Assembly: GCA_963663765.2 (NCBI GenBank)
Contig: CAXXUA010000002.1
Coordinates: forward strand, 237,894-301,893
From: Candidatus Poribacteria bacterium
GTDB taxonomy: Bacteria > Poribacteria > WGA-4E > WGA-3G
Direction: 5' to 3'
DNA: 64,000 nucleotides
The notes under the pieces were generated by a model. The model did not search any database, was not told the DNA's origin, and saw nothing but the letters and a program-made list of their open reading frames with translations. Of the stretch, positions 50,678-61,720 are shown in pieces. Every line of letters begins with the position of its first letter. Positions within the stretch are counted from its first letter, which is position 1. Made by a program: the position numbers and the translations under genes.

Positions 50678-51466
50678 TTATGAGATAACGGGTGGAGGTT
50701 CTCCCACAGCAGATTTCCCATCCTTTAACAAAGGTTCGGCGTTACCCCACAACCGACTTCCGTCCTGTGAGAGTAAGGGTTCTGCGGAATACTGGGCAAG
50801 ATATGCACGTCGCATTTTGTCTGTTGAATTTGTTCCACTACAATGGAAATTTATGCTGGTGAATGCGACAATACTCCCCGCAGGAACGATAGCTGGGACA
50901 CCCTTTTCCGGTCCAAAATACCCGACCATATCATTACTGCCTTCCTCACGAATATGTTTTACCCACGAGCGAATCCCGATATGTGAAAACGGCATGACAT
51001 ATACTGTTCCGTTCTCCTCAGACATATCATCAAGCGCGCACCAACAGGTGAGATATGGCTTGTGATCGGGATAACCGACATAACCCGAATCTTGATGCCA
51101 ACTGAACTTCATGCCTGCTTCTGCCCCTTTGACAACATACTGTTCCCAAAAAAGATATGCAGTATCACCTAAAGTAGCACGACAAACTTCAGCCATGAGT
51201 TCACTGAACAGAAATTCACGGAGTTTCGGTTGACTTCTAAAGCAGTTTGAGACAAAATAGCGTTTGTCCCTATGGTTTAGACCAATAACGTCTTTGTTCT
51301 CACGTTCCATTCGGTCTTCAATCTGTGAAATAAACATTCCACATTCACCACGTAGTAAATCAAGAAAAGGTTCAGGTATCACACTTTCCAAAATGAAATA
51401 ACCCTCATCCTGGTACTGCTGTTTCTGTTCATCGGTTATCGCAATCAAATATTTACTCCTATTCAA
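50678..51466 (-). CDS. PhyH family dioxygenase
   Basis: WHQDSGY, WCALDDMSEENGT, HCSG.N, RRAYLAQYS motifs. Confidence 0.9.
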   Translation of the reverse strand: MNRSKYLIAITDEQKQQYQDEGYFILESVIPEPFLDLLRGECGMFISQIEDRMERENKDVIGLNHRDKRYFVSNCFRSQPKLREFLFSELMAEVCRATLGDTAYLFWEQYVVKGAEAGMKFSWHQDSGYVGYPDHKPYLTCWCALDDMSEENGTVYVMPFSHIGIRSWVKHIREEGSNDMVGYFGPEKGVPAIVPAGSIVAFTSINFHCSGTNSTDKMRRAYLAQYSAEPLLSQDGSRLWGNAEPLLKDGKSAVGEPPPVIS

Positions 51467-52595
51467 TATTGAGTTTTCTAATAACTTGTCCGTTGCTTTC
51501 CCAATATGTATGTTTACCCTTTATGTAGTCAGAATCGGCTTCGGGTTGGATGTTTCCTGAGGTGTCAATTGCTCTGGAGACGATAGTGTGTTCACCTGTA
51601 GTTGGATTTTTCCAATCGAGATGCCAAATTTTCCATGCAAATTCGTCATCTTCTCTTGTTTCAATTGTGACTTCCTGCCAAGGTCCGTTATCAATACTGA
51701 CTTCAACTTTTTTTATAGGAGCTCCCCATGCTGCACCGTATATTCTGTATTCATCACCGATGCGAGTCACCTTTGCTGCCAGTGATTTCAACTTTGTTCT
51801 TCCGACTGAGGTTTCCATCCACACAGATTCACCATCGGGACGTTTCTCCTCGCGTATTGTGACATAATCACGACCCATAAATCTTCCCATAAAACGTGTG
51901 TCCCGCACTTCAATTCGTTTGAGCCATTTCACACAAGCAATTCCATACCAACCGGGGGCAATCAGTCGAACTGGGGCACCATTTTGCTGTGGTAATGGTT
52001 CACCGTTCATTTCATAACAAAGTAGATGGTTTTCATCCAATGCGTCTTCAACAGACATACTACGTGCAAAGTTTTGAGGCATTGTGACATCTCTAATCTT
52101 CTCTTTTCCGCTATCGTGTCCAAAGAAGATAACCTCTATTCCATTATCTTTGATACCTGCCTTTTTGAGAAAAGGTGCGAGTGGGGTACCCCCCCAATTT
52201 GCATTACCAATTGCGCCTGTAAATGTTGGAAACCCGTGATTACCTGAACATTCCAAGGTAAAGTCAATTTCTTTCTTAGGATGAGATTTAATATCCTCAA
52301 GCGTTAGTTCTATTGGATTATCAACTAATCCTGTGATTTCTAATTTCCATGTAGTAGGATCAATTTTTGGTCTGTTGTAGTGAGACACGTTGAAAAATTT
52401 ATTATTTGGTGTAATGAATGAATCGAATTCACTCCAATCCAGTAGTACTCGTCTTGAAGCTGGTTCGAGAGGTTGGTCCATAAATGGAACAAGCGTTTCT
52501 CCCTCGCGGTTAGGGAAAGCATAGGCTGCCCAAGGACTGAGTAATAAACCTGTAAGTGTTAAGCCAGTACTTCGTAAAAAATCTCTGCGATCCAT
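51459..52595 (-). CDS. Tat-exported sulfite oxidase-family molybdoenzyme
   Basis: DRRDFL Tat motif, LECSGN, MNGEPLP..NGAPVRL..PGWYG...VKWL, dimerization domain. Confidence 0.88.
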   Translation of the reverse strand: MDRRDFLRSTGLTLTGLLLSPWAAYAFPNREGETLVPFMDQPLEPASRRVLLDWSEFDSFITPNNKFFNVSHYNRPKIDPTTWKLEITGLVDNPIELTLEDIKSHPKKEIDFTLECSGNHGFPTFTGAIGNANWGGTPLAPFLKKAGIKDNGIEVIFFGHDSGKEKIRDVTMPQNFARSMSVEDALDENHLLCYEMNGEPLPQQNGAPVRLIAPGWYGIACVKWLKRIEVRDTRFMGRFMGRDYVTIREEKRPDGESVWMETSVGRTKLKSLAAKVTRIGDEYRIYGAAWGAPIKKVEVSIDNGPWQEVTIETREDDEFAWKIWHLDWKNPTTGEHTIVSRAIDTSGNIQPEADSDYIKGKHTYWESNGQVIRKLNIE

Positions 52596-52605
52596 GTTAA
52601 TTCCT

Positions 52606-53331
52606 CTAACCTTTCATAGCCGCGACATAATTTAGGTTAACCTGTTTCCAGTTTACAACATTATGCCATGCGTCTATATAATCAGCACGTCGATTCTGGT
52701 ATTTCAGATAGTATGCGTGTTCCCATACATCCAACCCAAGTATAGGTGTATGTTTCAGCATGTGTGGACTGTCCTGGTTCTTCGTTCCATAGATTTGAAG
52801 TTTCTTTTTCTCATTTACAACCAACCATGCCCATCCAGAACCGAATAGTGATTTTGCAATCGTCATAAATTGTTCTTTAGCTTTGTCAATAGAACCGAAT
52901 GTGGATTGCATTGCTTCAGCCACTTTTCCAGAAAGTTCTCTACCATTTGGTATCATCGTGCTCCAGAATAAAGTATGGTTTGCATGTCCACCTCCACTAT
53001 TAACAACAGCTTGGTGAATTTTCTTTGGCACTTTATCAATGTTCTGCAGTAAACTTTCTATTGATTGGTCTGCTAAATCGTGATTGTCTCCAACAGCAGC
53101 ATTGAGTTTATTCACATACCCTTGATGGTGCTTGCTGTGATGTATTTCCATTGTACGTTTGTCAATATGTGGTTCAAGTGCATCATAAGCGTATCGTAAC
53201 TTTGGAAGTTCAAATCCATGGGTATGGTCACCTTCTCCATTTTCATCTGCATAGAGTGATAATGGATTCTTTACAGCAAATATTCCAGCTAATGCAGTGC
53301 TTCCAGTCATTAAAAACTTTCTACGGTTCAT
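52606..53331 (-). CDS. sodA: Tat-exported Mn/Fe superoxide dismutase (Mn-type signatures)
   Basis: NRRKFL Tat motif; [31 protein letters not shown]. Confidence 0.92.
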   Translation of the reverse strand: MNRRKFLMTGSTALAGIFAVKNPLSLYADENGEGDHTHGFELPKLRYAYDALEPHIDKRTMEIHHSKHHQGYVNKLNAAVGDNHDLADQSIESLLQNIDKVPKKIHQAVVNSGGGHANHTLFWSTMIPNGRELSGKVAEAMQSTFGSIDKAKEQFMTIAKSLFGSGWAWLVVNEKKKLQIYGTKNQDSPHMLKHTPILGLDVWEHAYYLKYQNRRADYIDAWHNVVNWKQVNLNYVAAMKG

Positions 53332-53362
53332 TGGTTCTCCTCGCCATCATATTTTACTATGT

Positions 53363-53392
53363 ATTCTAACAGACAAAATTAGTTTGTGTCAA
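53363..53392 (-). promoter_or_regulatory. Putative sigma70 promoter of the sod operon
   Basis: Minus strand TTGACA-18 bp-TAGAAT with extended -10 TG. Confidence 0.55.
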
Positions 53393-53408
53393 GCAACAAA
53401 ATATTAAA

Positions 53409-53530
53409 CAGGGTTATTCAGTTTTCCTAATTTTTGGATTTTTCAAAAAAGAAACCCCGCGGTAGGAGCGACCTCCCGGTCGCGATTTTCTCACAAAAAT
53501 GTGAAAAATGGTTAAAACTGTATAACCCTG
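53409..53530. mobile_element. Short MITE family A
   Basis: TIRs; 9-bp TSD AATATTAAA (53400-53408 and 53531-53539); GTAGGAGCGAC hairpin inside. Confidence 0.88.
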
Positions 53531-53534
53531 AATA

Positions 53535-54911
53535 TTAAAGGAGTTGTTTTTCCCACCAGTGTATATAGTCTTCATCACTTATGTTAGGAGATAAGCCTCT
53601 GTCTTTCATCTTATTATTGTAACTTTTCTCCATATTATCATCCCAATATGAGGTAATTTCATCGGATTCATGTGTTTCTCCCATGTCTCCGGTGGTTTCA
53701 ATCCAAGAATTCAACCGTTTTTGCATATCGTTTAGCACATTTTCATATTTTTGATCGTTTGCGATATTGTTGACTTCATAAGGGTCATTCTGTAAATCAT
53801 AGAGTTCTACTTTAGGACGTGTTTGTTGGACAAAATGTTGCTGTGCATCGGTTAATTGACCTTTTTCAGCAAGAACCCGAATCAGTGTCCACAATGGGTA
53901 TTGTGACTTTTTGTATGCATTAAATTGCATATAAGGTAAATCAGGATGGTAGTTACGGATTAGTTTATAGTCTTTGTTTCGTATGCAACGAATTCGGTCA
54001 TCTGTGCCGTCACATCTGTCGCGAGCAGCGAAGATGGCATCACGAGTTTTTGCGTTTTCCCCCTGAAATATCTGACCTTGTACATATTCTGGTATATCAA
54101 TACCTGCAAGTGATAGTGATGTTGGCATAAAATCTATTCCACTTACAAGTTCGTCACTTACTGTACCGGCTGCAATATTGTCTGGCCATCTGACAATCAA
54201 TGGAATTTGTATACCGCCATCATAAAGGAATTGCTTACAACGAATATGAGCACGTCCATGATCGCTAATAAAAAATACAATTGTGTTTTCTGTGAGACCT
54301 TCATCGTCTAAGCGTTTAAGTATTCTACCAACTTTTTTGTCTAATAATTGTATTGTCTCCAAGTAGAGTGTCCAATCCTTGCGTATCAGTGGATGGTCAG
54401 GATAGTAGGGTGGTAACTCTACATCCTTGGTATTGATTGGTCGTTCTGGATCGGGTTTAAAGGTTCGATGTGTGTCAGGGATGTTGATTTGTGCGTAAAA
54501 TGGTTCTCCATCTGCCCGTTCACGCCAATCAATACCATCAAAAGGGTTATTTCGTTTGAAGTTGAAGTCCGTTTTACCGCGACGATTATAGGGCGGTCCG
54601 GGATTGTTGCTTGTATAATATCCAGCTTCTCGAAAACAATCTGTGACGAGTTTCATGTCTGATCGCAACGGTTTGTCTCGATTGCTGCGATGGTTATGGG
54701 CATCAAAATGGGTTTGATAAGTTCCTGTGATTAATGCTGAACGACTCGGTGAACACACTGGACATGTTACAAATGCGTTTGAAAAACGTGTGCCTTCATC
54801 AGCAAGTCTATCTATATTGGGAGTTGCTACTGCGGGTGTTCCATAGCATCCCAAATCGGGTGAAAGGTCTTCTCCGTAAATCCAAAGTATATTCGGTTGT
54901 GTTGTTGCCAA
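53535..54911 (-). CDS. Sulfatase (formylglycine-dependent)
   Basis: PNILWI, CSPSRSALITG, SDHG, ELYDL.NDP.E motifs. Confidence 0.92.
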   Translation of the reverse strand: MATTQPNILWIYGEDLSPDLGCYGTPAVATPNIDRLADEGTRFSNAFVTCPVCSPSRSALITGTYQTHFDAHNHRSNRDKPLRSDMKLVTDCFREAGYYTSNNPGPPYNRRGKTDFNFKRNNPFDGIDWRERADGEPFYAQINIPDTHRTFKPDPERPINTKDVELPPYYPDHPLIRKDWTLYLETIQLLDKKVGRILKRLDDEGLTENTIVFFISDHGRAHIRCKQFLYDGGIQIPLIVRWPDNIAAGTVSDELVSGIDFMPTSLSLAGIDIPEYVQGQIFQGENAKTRDAIFAARDRCDGTDDRIRCIRNKDYKLIRNYHPDLPYMQFNAYKKSQYPLWTLIRVLAEKGQLTDAQQHFVQQTRPKVELYDLQNDPYEVNNIANDQKYENVLNDMQKRLNSWIETTGDMGETHESDEITSYWDDNMEKSYNNKMKDRGLSPNISDEDYIHWWEKQLL

Positions 54912-55748
54912 AATTAACTCCTTTCTTATCGTGATTTATTCTTAGGTTTCACAGCAAATACAATGTATGATTACTATATATTACTATAGTTTCCTTGTTT
55001 TCGTCCAAACATGTCGGGATCCAGTTGATCAATGAGAGGTTATCAATCCCAGTCCCTATCTGATTTCAAAAGGGATCGAAAGGTCTCAAATCACGATACC
55101 CTACCTTTGAAACCCACATTATGACTGGGTACCAACATTTTCAAGGCATCTTTGGTATCGGAAAAAGCGATAAAAATCGTAGTTTTTGTTTCCTTTTTCT
55201 TTGAAAGGTTCGTTCAAGTTCTGTGCTACCTTTTGAGGTATTATTTTCTCAATGCGGGTATGGGTTTGTGTGTGCTCATAGATGGTATGGTTTTCCACAT
55301 TCATTGGACAAAAACAAGGTAGTTTGGACAATTTTCAAACGAGAATAAATATAAGATATTGGTTCACCGCTTATGTTACCAAATCAATACACAACGAACA
55401 AAACGCAAACCCTCTTTGCTCCATCGGAGCAATATGTTTATAGCCATATTGTCAACCGACATCTCCGCTGGAGCGCAAGATTGTGGGTATACCGTTTTCT
55501 ATAAACAAAGCACTCCGTTGGAGTGCATAATTTTCTCCAGTTTCATAATATACGAAACTCGAAGTAAAATAGACGTTCTATTGAATACTCAACTTCTGCA
55601 AGATGAGAATTGTCCAAACTATAATATCTATTATTGGATACATTCTTGATAGTTCGTTGTAAGTTGTTCAAGTACTTTTGTAAAATATAGTGTTATTTGA
55701 ACACAATATATCATGAATTCAAAATTCTGTCAAAAATAGGAAATATAC

Positions 55749-55941
55749 GTGTATGTAAAGAATATTCGCAGACAGAATCACTAATTACGGGGATAACACG
55801 GATAAGATATCCACAATAGATTGTCCTGCTTAGAAAACGCTTAGCATTAAAAGGACAATCTCAGATAGGTATCTTATCCGCGAAATCTGTGCAATACGCG
55901 TCATCCGCGATTCAGATACATGCAAAGAACTTTACACACAC
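55749..55941. repeat. Divergent family B-like element with CACGGAT-type repeats
   Basis: GTGTATGTAAAG...CTTTACACACAC ends; no TSD seen. Confidence 0.5.
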
Positions 55942-56186
55942 CATTTAGAGCATATCTCATAATCTACCAAGAGTTGAATTTTAGCAGTTAAAAGACATTT
56001 CACATGAAGGTATAATTGCTTAAAAAACGAACCTTTTATGTGTTGACTTGACTAAACAAACGAAACTTATTGAACATTCACTTGACAATGACACTGACTG
56101 ATTCAACTGAGTGTTCATAGAATTCATATATTTGAAACTTAGTCGTATTCTAAATTTAAGGTAAAAAGTTTGTAAAGGAGAAAGCA

Positions 56187-56747
56187 ATGAAACAGAAAAT
56201 TTTTGGAATCAGTGCAGTTGCAGTTTTAGTTATAGTCGGTTTATTGGTTTCTGATCATATAACGTCAGCACAACGTCCAGATCGGAACACACAACCCGGA
56301 CAAGGTCAAGGGCAACGGGGTCAACGTGGCGGTGGTGAACGTGGTGGCACGGACATTATGCGTATGTTTACCCAGGGTTCGTTTGTAAATAATACTTGGT
56401 TGGATTTGTCCTTCAAGGTCAAAATCAGTGATGAATCCCTTATGAAAGCGCGTCCTATCCATCAGGCAGCTCACGATAAGTTCACTAAGAAGATAGAAGA
56501 AATTCTTGCATCTGGTGATTTCCAGTCTGCACGACAAGAGATGACGACTTTTTCACAAGGCGTTATCAAAGAGTTGCAAACGGGTCTCAAAGAGATTTTG
56601 ACGAAAGAGGAAATGACTAAACTCACACTGTTGATGAAAGAGAGACTTGAAGCGGAACAAGAACGTCGTAACAGGTTCCGTGGGGGTCAACAAGGCGGTG
56701 GCGGTCAAGGCCAAGGTGGACAGCGCGGTCAACGACCTACTCAATAA
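56187..56747 (+). CDS. Exported hypothetical protein with Gly/Gln/Arg-rich low-complexity ends
   Basis: Signal peptide, GQGQ repeats, AGGAG RBS, downstream terminator. Confidence 0.8.
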   Translation: MKQKIFGISAVAVLVIVGLLVSDHITSAQRPDRNTQPGQGQGQRGQRGGGERGGTDIMRMFTQGSFVNNTWLDLSFKVKISDESLMKARPIHQAAHDKFTKKIEEILASGDFQSARQEMTTFSQGVIKELQTGLKEILTKEEMTKLTLLMKERLEAEQERRNRFRGGQQGGGGQGQGGQRGQRPTQ

Positions 56748-56770
56748 GCATGTTTTGAAAATAGTTAATT

Positions 56771-56801
56771 AGGTCGGGGGTTTTTCTCCCGACCTTTTTT
56801 T
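56771..56801 (+). terminator. Rho-independent terminator
   Basis: AGGTCGGG...CCCGACCT stem followed by a T-run. Confidence 0.75.
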
Positions 56802-56998
56802 ATTATTGTTATGTGGTTTGTCTGAATCGCGGATTACACGGATTACACGGATTGTTGAGTCTTCACATACCAAATCCCGTTTCAAACTTTATAGTAAAAT
56901 CAAAATTTACAATGATGGATCTCTGGGACACTTTGACATAATGCTGTCTCCAAGGGTTTCAACGTCGGAGATTGCGCCAAGTGTTGACTGATATGCCA

Positions 56999-57280
56999 CA
57001 GGGTTATTCAGTTTTAAGAGTTTTCCTTTATTGCAATTTTCTCGAAGTCAATATCCTAGGCCAACAGGTGCGGTTTCCTAACCGCACCATAGGCGTTAAT
57101 TTAAGGATTTTGACCTCTTATGGGAAGGGTTTTCAACCCCGATTATGTGTTATTCCCTTTGTGAATTCGGGGTTGAAAACCCCTCCCACAAGAAAGTTTA
57201 TCCTTAAGTTAACACCTATGTAGCTAAAAACCTCTCCCACAAGAGAACACCGTCACTTTTTTCTTAAATTGACGCCTATG
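56999..57280. mobile_element. Left part of a family A MITE with a nested family E element (57088..57280), truncated
   Basis: CAGGGTTATTCAGTTTT at 56999; CATAGGCG inserted after hairpin GGTGCGGTTTCCTAACCGCAC; two E right ends (57220, 57280). Confidence 0.7.
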
Positions 57281-57290
57281 GTATAATATA

Positions 57291-57752
57291 TGTTGCTTCG
57301 GTTGAAACCGGGTGTCTCACAAATCTGTCGTAACGAAAAGTCTGTCCGTAATACCGTAACCATTTCTCGCTGCTCTTTTGGGGTTAGCTCAAGTAATTTG
57401 AGGCTTTTTTGTGGATTTCAAGTGCCAGGGTCAACCGCTCAACGAGTTGCTCAAGTTGAGCGATCCGCTCAGTAGAGGCATCAGAATGTTTATCAGTGGG
57501 TTCAAAGAGGGTCGCAGCATTTTCAAGAAGCTGTCGCTTCCACTTTGACAGTTGTTCTTCGCTGAGGTTATGTCGACGACACACTTCTGCTTGCGAACTA
57601 TCACTGCAGAGAGCCTCAAGAACAACTTCTGCTTTAAACTCTGGGGTGAAGTTTCTTCGTTTTCGTTTCCGCATCGGATACTCCTTTCAAGTAGATGGAT
57701 ATTATACCATAATCTTATGTTAGAGATCTCCCGAATTTCCGGAGGCAGTACA
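57291..57752 (-). mobile_element. IS3-family remnant: left end, orfA (57384..57674) and the start of orfB
   Basis: RRNFTPEFKAEVV..VCRRHNL..QLSKWK HTH and leucine zipper; TG-initiated left end; orfB truncated. Confidence 0.8.
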
Positions 57753-57820
57753 CATTTCAACGCACTTACAAAGCGTGCCTACCGTTGTATACGTAAGTCT
57801 TGATAGAATATGGAGTAATA

Positions 57821-58789
57821 TCATTGAACCATATCAATGATTGTCCCTAAATCTTTTACTTCTGCTTCTGAGAGAACCACAGACGCTGCAACCGCATCTT
57901 GAACAGCAACTCCTACAGATTTGAAGAGAGTGATTTCATCGTCTGATTGTCGTCCCTGTTTATCTCCGTTTATGATTTCACCGATTTCAGCATCAATTTG
58001 AGCGTTTGGTATAATTAGGTCACCTGCTTCTTCTAAACAGGCTTCTCGCGAATCTACGACAATTCGGTTAGCTCGTCTGATTGTTGTAGTATCAACTTCC
58101 CGTTTTTCTGGTACGAATGTGCCAACTGCTGTGATGTGCGTACCAAGTTGTAAGTCATTCCCATCAAAAAGTGGAGTTGCAGATGTTGTTGCACAGATTA
58201 CGATGTCTGCAGCTTCCACGACTTGCAGTGTTGTAGAGGCAATGTTGACTTGGGGTGCAACTTTCCATTCAGAGATCTCTTCAGCGAGTTGTTGAGCAGA
58301 GTCTTGTGTTCGACTAATAAGGTTGACATGTTCAATGTCTCTTACTGCCATCACAGCCTGTAATTGGGCTCTTGCTTGTACACCTGCACCGAATAATCCT
58401 ACATTTTTTGCATCTTTCCGTGAAAGCAGGTCTGCTGCTACACCACCACCCGCACCTGTGCGAATTGCGGTAAGGCTCGTGCCGTCCATGAAAGCTTTGG
58501 GTGTGCCGGTTTCTGGATCAAGAACCAAAACTGTTGCGGTAATTCGGGGTAAGTTTAAGACAGGATTGTCATCATAGACAGAAACAACTTTGATACCGAA
58601 TTCACTACGTTTGGATAGATAGGCAGGCATGATGAGCGTTATGCCTTTATCGGTGGATATGTGTTGTCGGGATGGCATGACCACCGTTCCAGCAGAAAGT
58701 TGACTGTATGCGTGCCGCATCGCATCAATGGCATTGGGCATGGGTAAGGCTGCTCGAACTTCGGCAGCAGTAAGGAGTCTAATCGGCAT
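57821..58789 (-). CDS. Ornithine cyclodeaminase/mu-crystallin family (probable delta1-pyrroline-2-carboxylate reductase)
   Basis: IKVVSV, LTAIRTGA, GAGVQA, EAGD, FKSVG.AVQD motifs. Confidence 0.88.
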   Translation of the reverse strand: MPIRLLTAAEVRAALPMPNAIDAMRHAYSQLSAGTVVMPSRQHISTDKGITLIMPAYLSKRSEFGIKVVSVYDDNPVLNLPRITATVLVLDPETGTPKAFMDGTSLTAIRTGAGGGVAADLLSRKDAKNVGLFGAGVQARAQLQAVMAVRDIEHVNLISRTQDSAQQLAEEISEWKVAPQVNIASTTLQVVEAADIVICATTSATPLFDGNDLQLGTHITAVGTFVPEKREVDTTTIRRANRIVVDSREACLEEAGDLIIPNAQIDAEIGEIINGDKQGRQSDDEITLFKSVGVAVQDAVAASVVLSEAEVKDLGTIIDMVQ

Positions 58790-58793
58790 ACAA

Positions 58794-59897
58794 TTATTCC
58801 ACCTGAACAACGGCTTCACCTAAGACATCCATCTTTGGAATTATTCCCAAACCCGGTTGCATTGATGCTGCCATTCTGCCGTTAATTCGTTGTGGTGCCC
58901 CTTCTGCTGTGCTGACGGTGACATAACTGTTGAAATCCGTTGCTGTAAACAGAAATTCTGTCGGTGTGCTGTGAGCGAGATGAGCTATAGCAGCGGTTGT
59001 GATGTCCCCACCCCAGCTGTCTTCAATTGTCATCGCAATACCAAGTTCAACACATAGGTCTCTTGCGAGTTTAGCTTTGGTCAGTCCACCGAATTTACTA
59101 ATTTTGATGTTGACAACATCCATTGCGCGGTCGGCATGTCCGTGTAAGAGTGTTTGGATACTATCAATCGTCTCGTCAAGAACAAATGGATGGTCAGTTC
59201 GCTCTCGGATAGCGAGGCATTCTTGGTATGAGAGGCATGGTTGTTCAATATAGACATCCACATCACGGACTCCTCGAACAACGCGTGCAGCCTGGTGCAT
59301 CAACCAACCCGTGTTAGCATCAGCTATTAGGACATCATTTGGCTGCATTACTTCAGAAACAGCATGAATGCGTTCAATGTCGGTGTTTGGATCACCTCCG
59401 ACTTTTAACTGGAATTTGCGGTAACCTTCAGCGCGATAGTTTGCAACCTTTTCAGCCATCTCATCGGGGGTTTGTTGAGAGATTGCCCGATACAGCATAA
59501 AATCCTCACCATATCTTCCACCAAGGAGTGTACATACAGATAAGTTAGAAACTGTACCGAGAATATCCCAACACGCGATGTCAATCCCGGATTTTACATA
59601 AGGATGTCCCTTGAGTGCAATATCCATACGTTGATTGAGAGGAAGCAGTTGTGTTGGGTCTTCACCGATAAGGTGTGGTGCAAGTTCAGTAATACCTGTT
59701 CGGACACCTTTAGCGTAGGCGGGTAAATAGAACGGTCCGAGAGGACAGACCTCACCGTACCCTGTAATTCCTGTATCTGTTTCAACTGCAACGATAGTGC
59801 TGTCAAATACGGATACGGATTTCCCACCTGACCAACTATAACTGCCTTCATGGAGTGGAAGGTCAACTTGATATGTTTTGATAGATCGTATTTTCAC
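58794..59897 (-). CDS. Enolase-superfamily cis-3-hydroxy-L-proline dehydratase / hydroxyproline betaine epimerase-like protein
   Basis: [43 protein letters not shown] motifs. Confidence 0.8.
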   Translation of the reverse strand: MKIRSIKTYQVDLPLHEGSYSWSGGKSVSVFDSTIVAVETDTGITGYGEVCPLGPFYLPAYAKGVRTGITELAPHLIGEDPTQLLPLNQRMDIALKGHPYVKSGIDIACWDILGTVSNLSVCTLLGGRYGEDFMLYRAISQQTPDEMAEKVANYRAEGYRKFQLKVGGDPNTDIERIHAVSEVMQPNDVLIADANTGWLMHQAARVVRGVRDVDVYIEQPCLSYQECLAIRERTDHPFVLDETIDSIQTLLHGHADRAMDVVNIKISKFGGLTKAKLARDLCVELGIAMTIEDSWGGDITTAAIAHLAHSTPTEFLFTATDFNSYVTVSTAEGAPQRINGRMAASMQPGLGIIPKMDVLGEAVVQVE

Positions 59898-59965
59898 AAC
59901 AAAGATTAAAAGAGCAATTTACACAAGAATAGTTAAATATTGTTTTACAATGCAGAGAATGGTTG

Positions 59966-60697
59966 TTAGTTGCCGGAACGTGGCACTTGTGCAATGATGC
60001 GGTCTGCGAGTTTGGAAAATGGTAAACTTTGAAGGTATACAGTGCCTGTACCCTGTAATGTCGCGAGGAAGAGACCTTCACCTCCGAAAAACATTGACTT
60101 TAAGCCTTTTACCATCTCAATGTCATAATCTATGCCAGATGTGAAAGCTACCAGACAACCTGTGTCAATGCGAAGTATGTCGTTGGTAAGTTCTTTTTTG
60201 ATGACGGTTCCACCTGCATGCACAAAAGCCATACCATCACCGCGTAGCAATTGTAGGATGAAACCTTCACCCCCGAAAAAGCCTGCGCCGAGTTTACGAG
60301 AAAAAGCAATGCTTAGTTCTGTGCCAAGTGCAGCACAAAGGAATGCATCCTTTTGACATGTAAGTTCTCCACCAATTTCTGACAGATCAACGGGTATAAT
60401 GTGTCCTGGATATGGTGCAGCAAATGCAACGCGTCTCTTGTTGCTCCCGGAGTTCGTAAAGTGTGTCATAAATAGTGATTCACCAGTGAGTGCGCGTTTT
60501 CCAGCACCGAGGAGTTTTCCCATCAAACCGCCACCATCACCAGAACCATCTCCCATTTTTGACTCATAGGTAATATCATCCTCCATCCAGTTCATTGCAC
60601 CTGCTTCTGCTATGATTGTTTCACCTAAGTCAAGTTCCACCTCAACGACTTGCATATCGTTACCAAAAATTTCGTAGTCAACTTCGTGGCTTTGCAT
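59966..60697 (-). CDS. TIGR00266/AIM24 family protein
   Basis: [28 protein letters not shown] repeats. Confidence 0.9.
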   Translation of the reverse strand: MQSHEVDYEIFGNDMQVVEVELDLGETIIAEAGAMNWMEDDITYESKMGDGSGDGGGLMGKLLGAGKRALTGESLFMTHFTNSGSNKRRVAFAAPYPGHIIPVDLSEIGGELTCQKDAFLCAALGTELSIAFSRKLGAGFFGGEGFILQLLRGDGMAFVHAGGTVIKKELTNDILRIDTGCLVAFTSGIDYDIEMVKGLKSMFFGGEGLFLATLQGTGTVYLQSLPFSKLADRIIAQVPRSGN

Positions 60698-60977
60698 TGA
60701 GTTATACCTCTCATGTTTTAATTAAATTGCGATCTTTCAATAGAAACGTTCTCCAGTTGCACTACAGTCTATTGAATAATAATATTACCATATTCATTAA
60801 AAACAGTCAAGATAAATGTAGTTTTTCCAAGCTATTAATTTGGTGTGTTGAAATGAAGTTACATTACGTGTGAACACAAAGAACACATAGAGACGTTGTA
60901 ACAGTTAATTGCTATTAATAACTAAGAATTCTAAAACACAAAGTTGTATATATCATTTATAGTAGGAAACAGTCCAA

Positions 60978-61676
60978 ATGTTTTATTTTATCATGTCTGT
61001 GATTGGATTTGCATCGGCGGGACTATTCTGGATTTTTTTTAAACCACCCTTTGGAAAGAATATCGTTTGTATCAATACAGACCAACGGGTCGTCGCGCTC
61101 ACTTTTGACGATGGACCTAATCCACCTTACACCGATCAATTGCTTGATGTACTCGCAAAGCACAACATCAAAGCCACATTTTTCTTAATTGGGAAACGTA
61201 TTGAAACGCATCCTGAAACAGCAAGCAGGATTCTTGCAGAAGGACATTATATTGGAAATCATACTTACAAACATCCTGTGTTGGGACTTTGTATGCCTTC
61301 CAGAATACAGCAAGAAATTGAACAAACAGACTACCTTCTACAATGTATAGGACTGAAGGGTGAGATTGTGTTTCGTGCCCCCATGTTGACAAGGTATCTG
61401 CCAGTGGCTTGGGTTCAAGTGAGACAGAATCGCACACATATCAGTTGCAAAGTATGGGGTTGGGATTGGTTAACCCAGAATCCTGACCTTATTACCCGTA
61501 GTGTTTTAAAAAAGATTAAGCCGGGTTCAATAATTGTGCTACATGATGGGATTGCAGGAAATGACAACGCCAACCGTTCGGGTACGATTGAAGCTACAGA
61601 TCGATTGATAACGATACTTAAGCAAAAGGAGTATCAGTTTGTTACCGTTCAGGATGTCCTTGATAATTTGCATTAA
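60978..61676 (+). CDS. Polysaccharide deacetylase (CE4/NodB)
   Basis: LTFDDGP, GNHTYKH, FRAP, DW, IIVLHD motifs. Confidence 0.9.
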   Translation: MFYFIMSVIGFASAGLFWIFFKPPFGKNIVCINTDQRVVALTFDDGPNPPYTDQLLDVLAKHNIKATFFLIGKRIETHPETASRILAEGHYIGNHTYKHPVLGLCMPSRIQQEIEQTDYLLQCIGLKGEIVFRAPMLTRYLPVAWVQVRQNRTHISCKVWGWDWLTQNPDLITRSVLKKIKPGSIIVLHDGIAGNDNANRSGTIEATDRLITILKQKEYQFVTVQDVLDNLH

Positions 61677-61720
61677 CAAGAATGACAGTAAGGAATTGAT
61701 TTCACATAATTTTTCTGTCT

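Noticed and set aside
54960-55340. ORF 55119..55331 and nearby sequence as a gene
   Set aside because: No recognisable motif. It may be a decayed gene fragment, but the sequence alone does not support a call.
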